A DNA stretch of 64,000 bases, from NCBI GenBank assembly GCA_043228905.1, contig JBHGNT010000002.1:17484001-17548000 (forward strand). Direction: 5' to 3'. Positions 12,201 through 24,336 of this stretch are shown one piece after another. Under the pieces are notes generated by a model. That model made no database searches, had not been told where the DNA came from, and worked only from the letters and a program-made list of their open reading frames with translations. The position numbers and the translations under genes are program-made. The stretch comes from Azolla caroliniana. Lineage: Eukaryota > Plantae > Polypodiophyta. Within the stretch, counting starts at the first letter, position 1. Every line of letters begins with the position of its first letter.

Positions 12201-13976
12201 CAAAGTAGAAAATGCTTGAGGGGTGAAAAATAGTAAATGTCATAACATTCATTTCAAGAAGCAAGCATTGGATAGATATAATAAAGTAGGAGTAACGTAG
12301 AGATGTTCATGCAGGAAGTTGCAAATATATAATAGTAGTAAATACCTAAGGAGTTTGCAAAACATCTAAGTTTCTATATTGATTGATAGGCTTTGGATAC
12401 CCAAACAATCATAATCGTTCTTCAGATACATGTGAGATCTAAAGGCTGAGTATGCGGTCGTGATCGAATTACTAATTACCTTGATTTACTCGATAACTGT
12501 AACATGTGAAGACAGAAATATCAAACAATAAAACAAGTTTATAGAGATTCCCTGATGTTTTGGATTTTTCGCAAATATAATTTGTGAATATTTGGAACCT
12601 CGAGTTTCTAAAATCAAGTTAAGCTCTGGTTATAAATGAAAACAGTTTTCTTATGCTGGATCAGCCTGGTAGTAATCCGTACATGGCAGCAATACTTATT
12701 TCAATGTCATGTTTTCTCAAACTGGAGCCAATATTTTATGGTTATCAAGCAACGATTCCTCATTCAATTTGATTACCCGCAAGGATTCATATGTGTGTCT
12801 ACTTACTTGAAAGATCTTTAAGAAGAGATAGTATTCTTATAGGATTTTTCACTGATTAAAAGATTGTATAGGTATATTCTTCAAAATTAGCAGACCACAT
12901 GATATAGCATATTAACCTGCAATTATGACTTTGAAAGCATGCCATGCTCAAATTCTAGCTTTTAACTTTCCATAATTACTATTTACATTATTGGTTATTA
13001 GCCGTTATGAGATGTTCACATCCACAGTTCCCTTCATCCTAATGGCTTTATCTTTTTGAGATTGAAATTGAGATAAACTTTAACATGCTACCATACAACA
13101 GCCCACCATACACATGCATGAACCATTTTCTTAGCAATAGGAGTTTAAATAGCAATTTCCACAACCAGCAGAATTAGTGTAGATAGAATTGACGCACTTT
13201 GTAACGGCCAAAATAGCACTATTGGGAATGTAATTGGGATCAAGCTAAATAAATAGACTTGTGTCATTGGTGTGTACATTATTGTAACTGTTTTACAAAA
13301 TGGTATCTTGTACCTCAATTTCAAAGCTTTCCAACATTGCCATATCATACAAAATAATCATAGCTGAAACATGAGTTGGAAGCCTTTGAAGCCAAACCTC
13401 TTTTATAAAGCATAATTAAGAAAGTTATGTGGATGCGTGAACTAATAAGAGGCTACCTAATTCATCTCAATCAATGTGACTTAGGAAAAAAATGTAACTC
13501 ATGATGTTGTGACAAATCGTTTGGGGCATGGGTGACTAACTATAGTAAAAATTGTTTCTTGTTAAATCAATGGGTGGACAAGGAAAAGGGGATTTCAGAG
13601 AAAAGGGCGAAGAAGTGTAAACAAAGACATCCTCTAGAATACTACCATAGATGAAAAAACTTCTGGCAAACACCATTAAGGACATTCCTTTCAAACCTAC
13701 TACAGAGGCAAATTTTGGGGGGTCTTCTTTACAAGTTGATAAGGACGTACACCTAAGAAAGAATGCAAGATTAATGAACGCACTTTAAGTAGCCAGAATG
13801 CCCTATAAGACCAAACGGGAGATTACATCTTAAAATGTTGCCTCGTCATTGAGAACGACAAACCAACATAAAGGTAACGAAGTAAAAAAGTAATTAGGAA
13901 TAGAATTAGACGTGACTAAATAATCTTTTAATCTATGCATGTATGATTCTAAAGTTAGATATATTGTAATTTTGTC

Positions 13977-14570
13977 TTCTCAGTTCCAACAAGAATATAG
14001 AGACCCACTGATATAACTGAATATCTAAAATGGCAAATAAACATTTTTCTTTTATGGAATGTAGACAGCAACATTGCAAGATGGTTGTGTTCCTCTTATA
14101 GACGCCAACTAGTTATCTTAATGGTGATATTTCAATGCTCGTTGAACTGATCTATCAATGCTAAAACTAGTGTCTTAAATGTTCTTTCATGTAGTATAGA
14201 TCGATAGGTTTGTCAAAAAATAACTTGACAGTCTATTCATATGTTGTTGTAAGCTAACTTGCTGAATTATGAATTTCCAAAATCAGCCTATACACAAAGT
14301 AATGTCCACATTATATTAAGAGTATGATCCCTAGGTATACTTTGTGGTTAACAGTTTCACTATGCCTTTGATGTTAGAAGATCACAAATATCGGATGATA
14401 AAAATGATATTCTTCATCCTCAGCAGTAGAGCCTCACTTCAAGATCATGGTAAAAGGGCATTAAAGTGACCATCATGTGCAAGCCTAAATGCTATTCCCA
14501 TCACCAAGCTTCTGAAAAAAGCAGTAGACATGATAAACATTCACAAATCCTCTCAAATTAGCCTACCATT
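13977..14570. repeat. ~600-bp dispersed direct repeat, copy 1
   Basis: Near-identical to 19063-19650. Confidence 0.9.
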
Positions 14571-15299
14571 CGCATATTCCTATCCTTTGTACTCTTCCCT
14601 TTTGTTATTTAATCTATTTCTTTTCCTTATCTCTATTACAGGCATGACCATATATTATCCCGTGGTGAGAATTTACCGTAGTATTCTATACACGTGGATA
14701 AGTGTGAGGGTTAAACAAGAGTGTAAAGAAGGGGAGAATTACTTTTAATCCTCAAGATTGAGACAAACCATTAGGCGGTGTGAACTTGCCTAGGGGCCTT
14801 GGGTCTTGCTATTAATATGAGGCCTAGCTACCCTCATTTCATCATCTCTTGATTACGTCGAGACTCTGTTTCATGGTGGATCAACTCTTGTAGCGAGCGT
14901 GCCAGCACCAGGTACAACTCGACGCCATGGTGCTGGTATGGGACGCCAATCGAGGCTCGACTCTGTCTCGATCCCTTCACTCGGGGGTGGTTGGGTGGTT
15001 CGACACCCTTCTTTCTCTCTCTCCTTTCTTATTTCATATATCTTTTATCCTTATCATATGCTTACATTAGATCATCACTCTAACACTCTCCATGGTGCTG
15101 AAATTCCGTGGTGATGGAACAAGAAAATCAATGCCTATCGGGTGATCATCAACAAATTACCATTGAGAAGAAATAGCAACACGAGTAGCAACTATCATGT
15201 CCACAAAAAGAAGGGAAGGGAACTCAAGGAATCCTTAAAGAGCCAAACATCAGTCTTCCTATAAAGTTTGATTCAACAATATCAACTAGATACATTCAA

Positions 15300-17900
15300 A
15301 TATTTCCCATAGAGAAGAGTTGGTGTTACAAGTGTATCAAATAGTCACAATTTAGTTTGTGTTTGTTAGAACTGCCAATTTGCAAATTGCATAAGATTTA
15401 CAAATCCACAAGAAAGTCAAGCACAAGCAACCTCCCATCAAGACAACCGAGCCCTTGTGAATCTTAGTCTTATGGGATTGTGTGTATGCCATCTTTCCCC
15501 TCCTGAGAATTTTATGGTTGTAATGTTGTTACGCATGCTTGAGTGTTGTTAACATCATCACTTTAGATTTATCTGTGTACTGACAAACCTTTGTTCGTAA
15601 AAAATACTTTTGAGGCCTTTAGATGTTTTTATAGTCCCCATGTAATGTTAGAGATCAACACAATATTATTAACATATGGTAGTTTTTGTATGTCCATACC
15701 TACTAGGCTTGATCCGGAATCCCGAAACCTTCCCATGTAATGCAATACCTCATTAATGTGGAGACTAAGGAGATTGGGTGGTAGTGGGCATCCTTGTTTT
15801 ACTTCAATTGTACTAGCCCTAGCCTTCAACAACCCTTTGGCGACCATGCCTTTCTTGAAATGCATTCATTCTACATAGGTTCTAGGCCATTGCATATCTA
15901 TAGGGACACCAAAGTCTTCCAACCACTACATGAGCATACCACATGGTATAGTGTTGAAGGCTATTTAAAAATCCACCTGGTAGGAATAAATCCTCTTATT
16001 ATGGGCTCTGTCCTCCTCAATTAGGGTACCAAGGGTCAATATTGGATCCAAAGTTGTCAACCCTTTCCGTAATCCTGCCTATCCAGCTAAACGACAACCA
16101 TTTTGCGTTGCCCATATACTCAACCCTAACTCAAGATCAAGCCATATAGTTTAGCGAACTAATGGCCAAACATGGTTCTCCTATAATTGATCGGGGAATC
16201 ATGGGTCTCCACGCTTGAATATTGGCTGAATGTTATGTCCTACCCAGCATAGCTCTTGCAAATGTGTACTAACAATGAGAGCAAGTTGTCATTGGTGTAG
16301 ATAAAGTCGTCACCTAACAATCCATTATGATATTGGGCTTTCCCAAGTTGTAACCAATCAATGTTGTTTCTTACATATTTTGGAGTAAAAAGGCTGGATT
16401 CATATGTGAGTAATCCATGTGGGCATGCCTTTGCATATTCATCCCACACCTAAGGTGAGGTCAATTGTGTGGTAGGTTGCCTCTCATTAAACATTTTCCA
16501 TGGTCCTTTACTCTCTTTCCTTAAGAATAAGAGATACAGATGTGGTTCATACTTAGCTAAATATGATCTCTTCATCTTCCCTATGAGGCATTGGAAGGTT
16601 GCTTATGCTTGTTTGTGTGTATCCCCTGAGTTAGTCCATATTCCAAGCATCTCCTTGTATCATGACTGCCTCATCATACCAACTATTTTGTATAGCTTGA
16701 ACAAGCTCGCGTCCATTACCTTTGACTTTCACAAGCCTATGTGAACGGATTCGATTCTAGCATGCCATTATATACTCAATTACATAGATCAATTATCTTC
16801 CGTTTGCATCCATCCTTCACCTCAAAGTGTACTTATGCATGATTTCCTTCCAATGCAATAGGTATGCGACCAATGGTAGAGAACTCTATTATTTCAGATA
16901 TAAGACATGTAGATCTCATCAAGTAATCCAATGTGCTTGCATGTCCTTTTGGATTACATGTCAAACCATCTAATATGGTTACCGGAACAAATCATTATAT
17001 CACAAATCCATGTGGATTCACCAAGGCTAGACAGTCTTTGCCATATTTTGTTACTTTAGCCATATCTTGAGTCCATTGCTTTAAAGAAAATTATTCTACA
17101 ATAACTTCTCCATAGATAGCCTCACTAGTGTCAAGCATAGTTCACACATTGCTTCACAAATTGAAGTCTCCTAATACTACTATATCTCCCATAGTAGTGA
17201 GGCTTATAATATTGGCATATATTGGTCGATATGGTAGCCCTCCAAGAGGTGCAAACCTCGACTACGTAGGTGAAAAGTAGAAAATTGCAATGTACAATTC
17301 CCTTAGTTCCCCTCTTAGATTCATATCCACATATAATGCGCATCTACATCTTTATGCACAAGATGCACTCTATTACGAAGCTCTTTTTTGAACAATACAT
17401 GGAGTCCTTGAAAGCCTCTAGTGCTCCTTGGGATTTGTGGTTGGGAACGACACACCGAATCCCATCAGTATCACTACTAATCCATTGATGGGTCCCACCA
17501 TTTGTCCTTAGAGACACATTGCAATTCCATATAGTCATGCATAAGGTCTCGGCCGTACATCTTAACATGGCTCCATTTTTTATAATAATCACCTTACTAT
17601 CTCTAAATACAACCCATTTTACTTTCTTCCACATTGTGCCGAGCACTTGTCCTAACATGATTAGCTACCTTTTAGGATTAATCTTGTGAGGGGATCCAAA
17701 AGCATGCTCGGGCCAAAATTATCCAAGCTATTTCCTAATATCTTTTACTTATCTCTCACCCAATTATCGTAAACCTGGTTGTTAAAACTATAATCAAAAA
17801 AATTTATAATCGCCACTATTGCCTCTTCATCTTAGGATTAATATCTTCTTGTTCACACAGATCTGGAACTTTATTTGAGTTAAATTGGATTATTCTCATT
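15300..17900 (-). mobile_element. Long degenerate RTEX-like LINE (RT and upstream region)
   Basis: ORF 15629-15865 STIEVKQGCPLPP...LPYVNNIVL; homologous to the copies at 7490-8850 and 57874-60290. Boundaries approximate. Confidence 0.7.
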
Positions 17901-19062
17901 TGTTTCCCTATTCTAAACCCATATATATTTATTTTGTCCATATTTGTCATTATGTACACCTCGATTGTCCATTCCTCTCACATACTCTTAGTTTTGGAAT
18001 GGCATCTATCCCAAGGCGCATGTATCCCACAATTTTGGAATGACATGTCATCAACCCAACGTGAAAGCAGAAGCAAAAAGGGGAGGTAACCAAAGATGAT
18101 GCAAGTTCTTGATGATGATGTACGATATAGAGGTGATGATAGAAGAAGTGGTTGGACTAAAGTGTTTGTTTACATCCATTTGTAATTCGCCAGTCTGTTG
18201 ACATGCTACATCATTGAAACCAAAGAGGAAAAGTCCAGTGTTTGAAAACCACAATCTTGGTAGAGGAAGAGGAGTTCTCAACACCTCACGACTAGTTGTG
18301 GCCTTCACTAATACAAGGCAGAACAAAGATGAAAAGGGAGGCATTAACGATGAGAAAAACATGATTGAGCGGATTGGCAAAGGCAAAGGAGTGGGTTATT
18401 GTGTTGACAAAAAAGAAAAAAGTGAGTTTGCTTGACAGGTCGATAAAAAATTGTTAAGGGCCTAATCCCATGATTTTTGTAACAATGCCCAAAGTACCAG
18501 AACTTTCCATGTGGATTTACACACAACAATAATGTTGATGTATGAAAAGTTCATTGAAGAGCAACTTATAAGTCATAGAAGATAGGCCATGGTCAGGAGA
18601 AGGGGGTAGACAATGGAAGTTACAAAGTGGATAGAACTAGCATTAACAAGAGATACCAACAATGATGGATGTGAGGGGCATGATGTCATAGAAGATAGGC
18701 CATGGTCAGGAGAAGGGGGTAGACAATGGAAGTGGCAAAGTGGATAGAACTAGCATTAACAAGAGATACCAACAATGATGGATGTGAGGGGCATGATTGA
18801 TCGGGCCACAATGTAAGGATGAAATCAATGTTATGTTCCATCTGAAAAATATTTTAGAAAGAATAGAAAAATTGCACAATCATACAAATAAACAATATCT
18901 AGTGCCACATATGAGGGCAAATCATCAAACATTGTAGTCTATTTTAGCCAATTAACAAGGGAGACATTTATTTTTCACAAATGAGAAATATAGATCAACT
19001 AAAAGGGAAAATAAGTGGGAATTTGAGAAATATTTATCAATCAAAAGGTGAAGTCAGGTATT

Positions 19063-19650
19063 TTCTCAGTTCCAACAAGAATATAGAGACCCACTGATAT
19101 ATCTAAAATGGCAAATAAACATTTTTCTTTTATGGAATGTAGACAGCAACATTGCAAGATGGTTGTGTTCCTCTTATAGACGCCAACTAGTTATCTTAAT
19201 GGTGATATTTCAATGCTCGTTGAACTGATCTATCAATGCTAAAACTAGTGTCTTAAATGTTCTTTCATGTAGTATAGATCGATAGGTTTGTCAAAAAGTA
19301 ACTTGACAGTCTATTCATATGTTGTTGTAAGCTAACTTGCTGAATTATGAATTTCCAAAATCAGCCTATACACAAAGTAATGTCCACATTAAATTAAGAG
19401 TATGATCCCTAGGTATACTTTATGGTTAACAGTTTCACTATGCCTTTGATGTTAGAAGATCACAAAGTATCGGATGATAAAAATGATATTCTTCATCCTC
19501 AGCAGTAGAGCTTCACTTCAAGATCATGGTAAAAGGGCATTAAAGTGACCTTCATCATGTGCAAGCCTGAATGTTATTCCCATCACCAAGCTTCTGAAAA
19601 GAAGCACCAGACATGATAAACATTCGCATATCCACTCAAATTAGCCCACC
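19063..19650. repeat. ~600-bp dispersed direct repeat, copy 2
   Basis: Near-identical to 13977-14570. Confidence 0.9.
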
Positions 19651-20339
19651 ACCCATAATGTCACATTAATGCTACTAGTAGAGTTGAAGACTCTTACCTT
19701 TTTATTGACGCAAGGTTTTTATCTGCACATTGGTGTTACAATTTGTGGATACAGTAAAGTCAATAGCAAATTCCGTTAAGATCATGGTTCCTAATTAATA
19801 GAGGCAATAAACTATAAATAATTGATGGTGCATCAATTATTACATCCGCAAAATTAGTGGATATTAACAAAAATCATATTATATCTTTCTTTGCATTTTG
19901 AATAGACCAATGAAAATTTTAGGTAATTCACAAATTTTGTTCTCTGTAAGAATGTCTCACAAATCCACCTAGAATGAAAACATATGGGCATGGTTTATTT
20001 GATAGGGTTTGTTAGAGTTAGTGTGTGCTTGGCATTTGTCATGATTGTGTTCATAAATCATCGAACTTACTGATTTATAAACAAATTGTTATAGGACAGC
20101 ACAGATATGATTAAAAGTACAGAAAATATTCAAGTTGCATTCGAAGCAATTAATGTCTCCTGTGTTCATGGACGAAGCTATTAAGCACAGAAAGGTACTA
20201 ATAAATGAAAACATTCAATCAAGGACATAAATGTCAAAGCTGGGAGAGACTCCAAATGAAGAGGAGCCAAGAGTAAGGGACTAGGGTAGTCTAATACTTT
20301 GCTAACATATTTTTATTAAGATGGTACTCATGTCCTGTA

Positions 20340-21045
20340 TATATTTGTCCGTAACATTCACAAACCATATCAACTCCATGTTGACACGACATCAAAATCA
20401 TCTATTCTAAAGTAAAACCTTGATATGCTACTATATGAGATCCATATATAGCTTACTAACACATTTTTTGACTGATGTTCTGCGCAGTTTTCTTTGTAAC
20501 ATTCACAACCCATATCAGTTCCACGTTTTTGCCAAAGCACAGTCAACCATTGTAACGTAAAACTCAGATAGGCCACTATATGATGTCTATCTATAGCTTA
20601 ACAACGTATTTTTCTTCAGATGATGCTCATATGCACCAGGTTTTTTTGTAACATTCGTAACTCATATCAATTCCTAGTATTCCTCAAAACAAAACAAAAG
20701 AATCTAATACCTAAAACAAGGTAGCAATCATTCATTCCAATCTCACGAACAAATAGGCTATTACATTATGTCTATACATAGCTTAGTAGTATACTTTTAT
20801 GAAGATGAGATTCACGTCTAGGGGATATTTATTGGTAGAGTTCACGAGCCATATGAATTCCAAGCTTTTGTGAAAATGAAATCATCTGTTTTAATTTCAA
20901 AACCAGATAGGTTACTATATAAGGTCTACATATAGGTTATCAACATATTTTCACTGATGTACTATGAATATTTATTTGTAACATCTGTAATGATATCAAT
21001 TCCAAGTAGTAAAAGTACAATCATCTATTCTAAAGTGAAAACTAT
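20340..21045. repeat. Diverged ~145-190-bp tandem repeat, 5 units
   Basis: Motif gtaacattcacaa.ccatatcaa.tcc recurs at about 20350, 20496, 20648, 20836 and 20978. Confidence 0.7.
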
Positions 21046-23535
21046 TCAACTGCATTACAGTTGACCTTATATCATGTGATTATGTATTTATGTTTTTGTA
21101 AAATTTTGTAAGGAATTCATTTATTTCCTCCTGGTATTTGATTGAAATTTCTTTCATAAATGTGAGGGTTTCCAATTAAAGAGCTCAAAACACTGGGACG
21201 GGCAGTTTTCAACAGTCAAAACTGCTGCATTGTTCTATAATTGAAATTCATACAAATATCAATATTAAATCCTAGTTGGTGATGCTCTATCAATATTCAC
21301 GAAATTTGGGAGATGGAAATATATTTAGCCAACTTATTGGATCATTTTATGTTGATGTATGCATTTATAAATCCTGGATATTTTCTCATTTGTTGGAGGC
21401 ATCAAAACATTAATGTTTTGCATCAACATGCAAGCATGTTGGTTTTACAAATTTCATAACGAGCTTTCATGATAGAAAGGTTACGCTCTAGAATGCAAGT
21501 CTAGCAAATGCATCAGGGCTAATGCACATCAAGCGAGAAATGCACATGTGAAGTAAAATGTGCCATTCCTCTCAATTGCTGAACACGGAATAGTTTGATT
21601 GCATGCTATAGAGAAAAATTGAACAGACAACAAATGGCTTTCTTTAATATTATGTAGCCACAATCAAGTAGCTGGAATAATGTTTTCAAGAGTTCAGAAA
21701 CGATCATGGTACATTCCAAATTAATTAAAGCATGTCCAAGTTCATAAATTAAGAGCATGAGAATAATGATGGGGTGAAATATTGGCTTTTGCACCCAAGT
21801 GCTTGTATATAAAGAAATACTCCAATTCCATATATAAATACGCTTCTATATAGTCCACTGTTTGTCTAATCTATTACTTTGATATTTCAGTATAAGTAGT
21901 TGTGAGGAAATTTGACGCACTTGTATATAAAGAAATACTCCAATTCCATATATAAATACGCTTCTATATAGTCCACTGTTTGTCTAATCTATTACTTTGA
22001 TATTTCAGTATAAGTAGTTGTGAGGAAATTTGACGCACTTGTAGAATGCCTGTAGCAAAAGTATCCCCCAAACTGACCTCACTCAAGTGACCAAAAGCTT
22101 GAGGAGATCCTATTATATTATTACTAAGTGTCAACTGACCCATTAATGGGATATGTGGAAAGTGCAAGGGTAGGAATGTAACATAACTAACCACTGTACC
22201 ATCATACAAGAGAAATGCATCAATACAACCAAAGTAACACAGATGAAATCGATGCACATTAAGGGGGGAGGAAGTTGATGCACTTTTAAGGGATGATTCA
22301 ACTTGTATATTAAATCAAATCCCATATGGTGTCCACATCCAAAGAATATTCCAAATGAGCTAATATTTCTAGGTCTTCAAACAACTCTTACAACAATGTT
22401 TATAGGAAAATTTTCGACTCAAACATCTGCTTTGTAAGTTTCTGGAATAAGTCCTAAATTTTCCTCTCAATTAATATGGAAGAGGCTGTCATTGATCAGC
22501 TTTCTGGAAAAAATGTCCACTACCTTCATAACACGACTTTATATTCTGAAATCCAGCGATCCTTAGTTTGTGTTCCAGCATCGTCTCATGACTACGCTAC
22601 TACAATTTTTTTGCAATTATATGATAGCGTTTTCATAGCATGCACATAATAGACGTTTAGCTATCCACCAATTGATAGCATAGTAATAACAATGGACGTT
22701 GGCTCAATTTGAGTTTCAAAAATTAAAGATCAAAGGACAGATCACTAATGATCAACCTAGATTAAGAATCCTTTCATTGGGATACCGAGGGTAAAATGAA
22801 CACACAAATGTCGCAGCTCAATGGCATACTTTTCAACCACATTCAGCAACATGGATGAGAGTCAAACAGGTTTTTTTTTTACCGAACGTGGTGAAGTGCT
22901 CAATATGTACTAAACATTAGTGGTGAACAAGATGTCTACAGGCGGGTCACCAAGGATGACAACAAGAGAGGGTCCAGTTCATCGAATACATGGAACTTTG
23001 TTTTATCCAGGTGGAATTTAAAATAGACGAATCCTTAAAACCATGAGCGGAAGCCAAAAATGCGGAGAAGTGAAAGAGGACTCACAGAGTGAAGAGACAG
23101 GTACAGCATCTGGACTCGGTAGGAGGGCGATGCCATATCTTCCAAATGCCTGCAATGAAAGAGACCATAAATTATTAGCAAACGAAACTTGTATGTATAT
23201 TCAGGGATGGGATGGGATGGATTAATGACGACGGCAAAAATGGATGGGACGAATTGATAGCCCGATGGAAGTACCGACCGAGGATTAGCAAAGCGGTGGA
23301 ACTTCTTGTTTCTTGTTAGCAGGGGACGCGTCGGTTGCAGGAGGTGCTGTCTTCTGATCTCTCTCCTTCCTTCTTCTGTATGAGCCCACGGTTTGCTCCT
23401 TTGTTTTCTTCTATTTTTCAAGCTCTGTGTCTGTATATGTCTGTCTACAGTACCCTTGCATGACCTACCCCTACTCACTACCACTACCACTACCACTAAT
23501 ATCTGTCTGTCTATTTATCATATGTATGCATATAT

Positions 23536-23728
23536 TGTGAAATGCATATAAAGAGATCAAAACCATTATGAAATGCACAATAAAGAGATCAAAACCAACC
23601 TCCTTAGTCTCTTACTTCTTGCTCAATTTATAGTCGAAACAAACGTACTCGTTTGGGTTCGCTTAGCTACATGCGTGCTAAAAAGGGTGTGCTAAAAGGG
23701 TGGCACAAAGGAACACATGCACACCACA
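23536..23728 (-). mobile_element. Solo short LTR (193 bp) of the 4-bp-TSD family
   Basis: TG...CA termini flanked by ATAT on both sides. Reverse complement of the repeats at 52143-52303 and 52809-53017. Confidence 0.8.
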
Positions 23729-23844
23729 ATATGTGACTTCTTTGTAAAATTCAGTTGTGTCCATTGTTTTTCTTATCCCACTTGCATCTCCCTACTCCCC
23801 TCTAAGCATCATCCTTCATATTTTTATCCCTCTTCACATCATCT

Positions 23845-24282
23845 TGTTGTCCGCCGGAATAGTAACCGACGGACAAGAGCGTAGGAATAAGAAATAGTAT
23901 AAGATCATAACGCATGTAACGGTTCATGCAGGAAGCGTGAACGGCTAAATAGACCCTGCGTATATAAAGGGCAGAAAACCTCTAATAGAAGGGGCATGTA
24001 TTTTGGAATGTAAAGAAGCGTATCGTAATAGAATTCTATCTTCTCTGAAAATCTGTGTATAGCTACGGCTAATCTACTGTGTGTCTGGAATACCTGAGAG
24101 TGTAAGAACGTGAGTATAACCACTGCTACGAAGTCGGTTGTAGCCATCTCCCTTATACGCTGCTAGGTTACGGGGAACATTCCCCTACGTAGTACGCATA
24201 GACGCCACCATTCGTTGTTTCACAATCACTTGGAGGTCTAGGTCGAAGGATTGACCGCAGACCGTGTTCCTAATCGGTAACA
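23845..24282 (+). repeat. 5' LTR
   Basis: tgttgtccgcc...cggtaaca; 12 substitutions (hand count) versus the 3' LTR and no indels. Confidence 0.97.
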
Positions 24283-24286
24283 CTTT

Positions 24287-24300
24287 TGGCACGCTTGGTG
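24287..24300 (+). promoter_or_regulatory. Primer-binding site, tRNA-Arg-like
   Basis: TGGCACGCTTGGTG starts 4 nt after the 5' LTR. It resembles the TGGCACGC..GTGGGAC Arg-type PBS of plant non-chromovirus Gypsy elements (recalled, not searched). Confidence 0.75.
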
Positions 24301-24336
24301 ATCTGTGTCTTCTCATAGACGAACAACGACAAATGG

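Noticed and set aside
13977-19650. 600-bp direct repeats as LTRs of a 5.7-kb element
   Set aside because: No TG..CA ends, PBS, PPT or TSD; the interior is LINE-derived.
22930-23520. Possible additional solo LTR
   Set aside because: LTR-like composition, but no matching TSD or second copy could be established.
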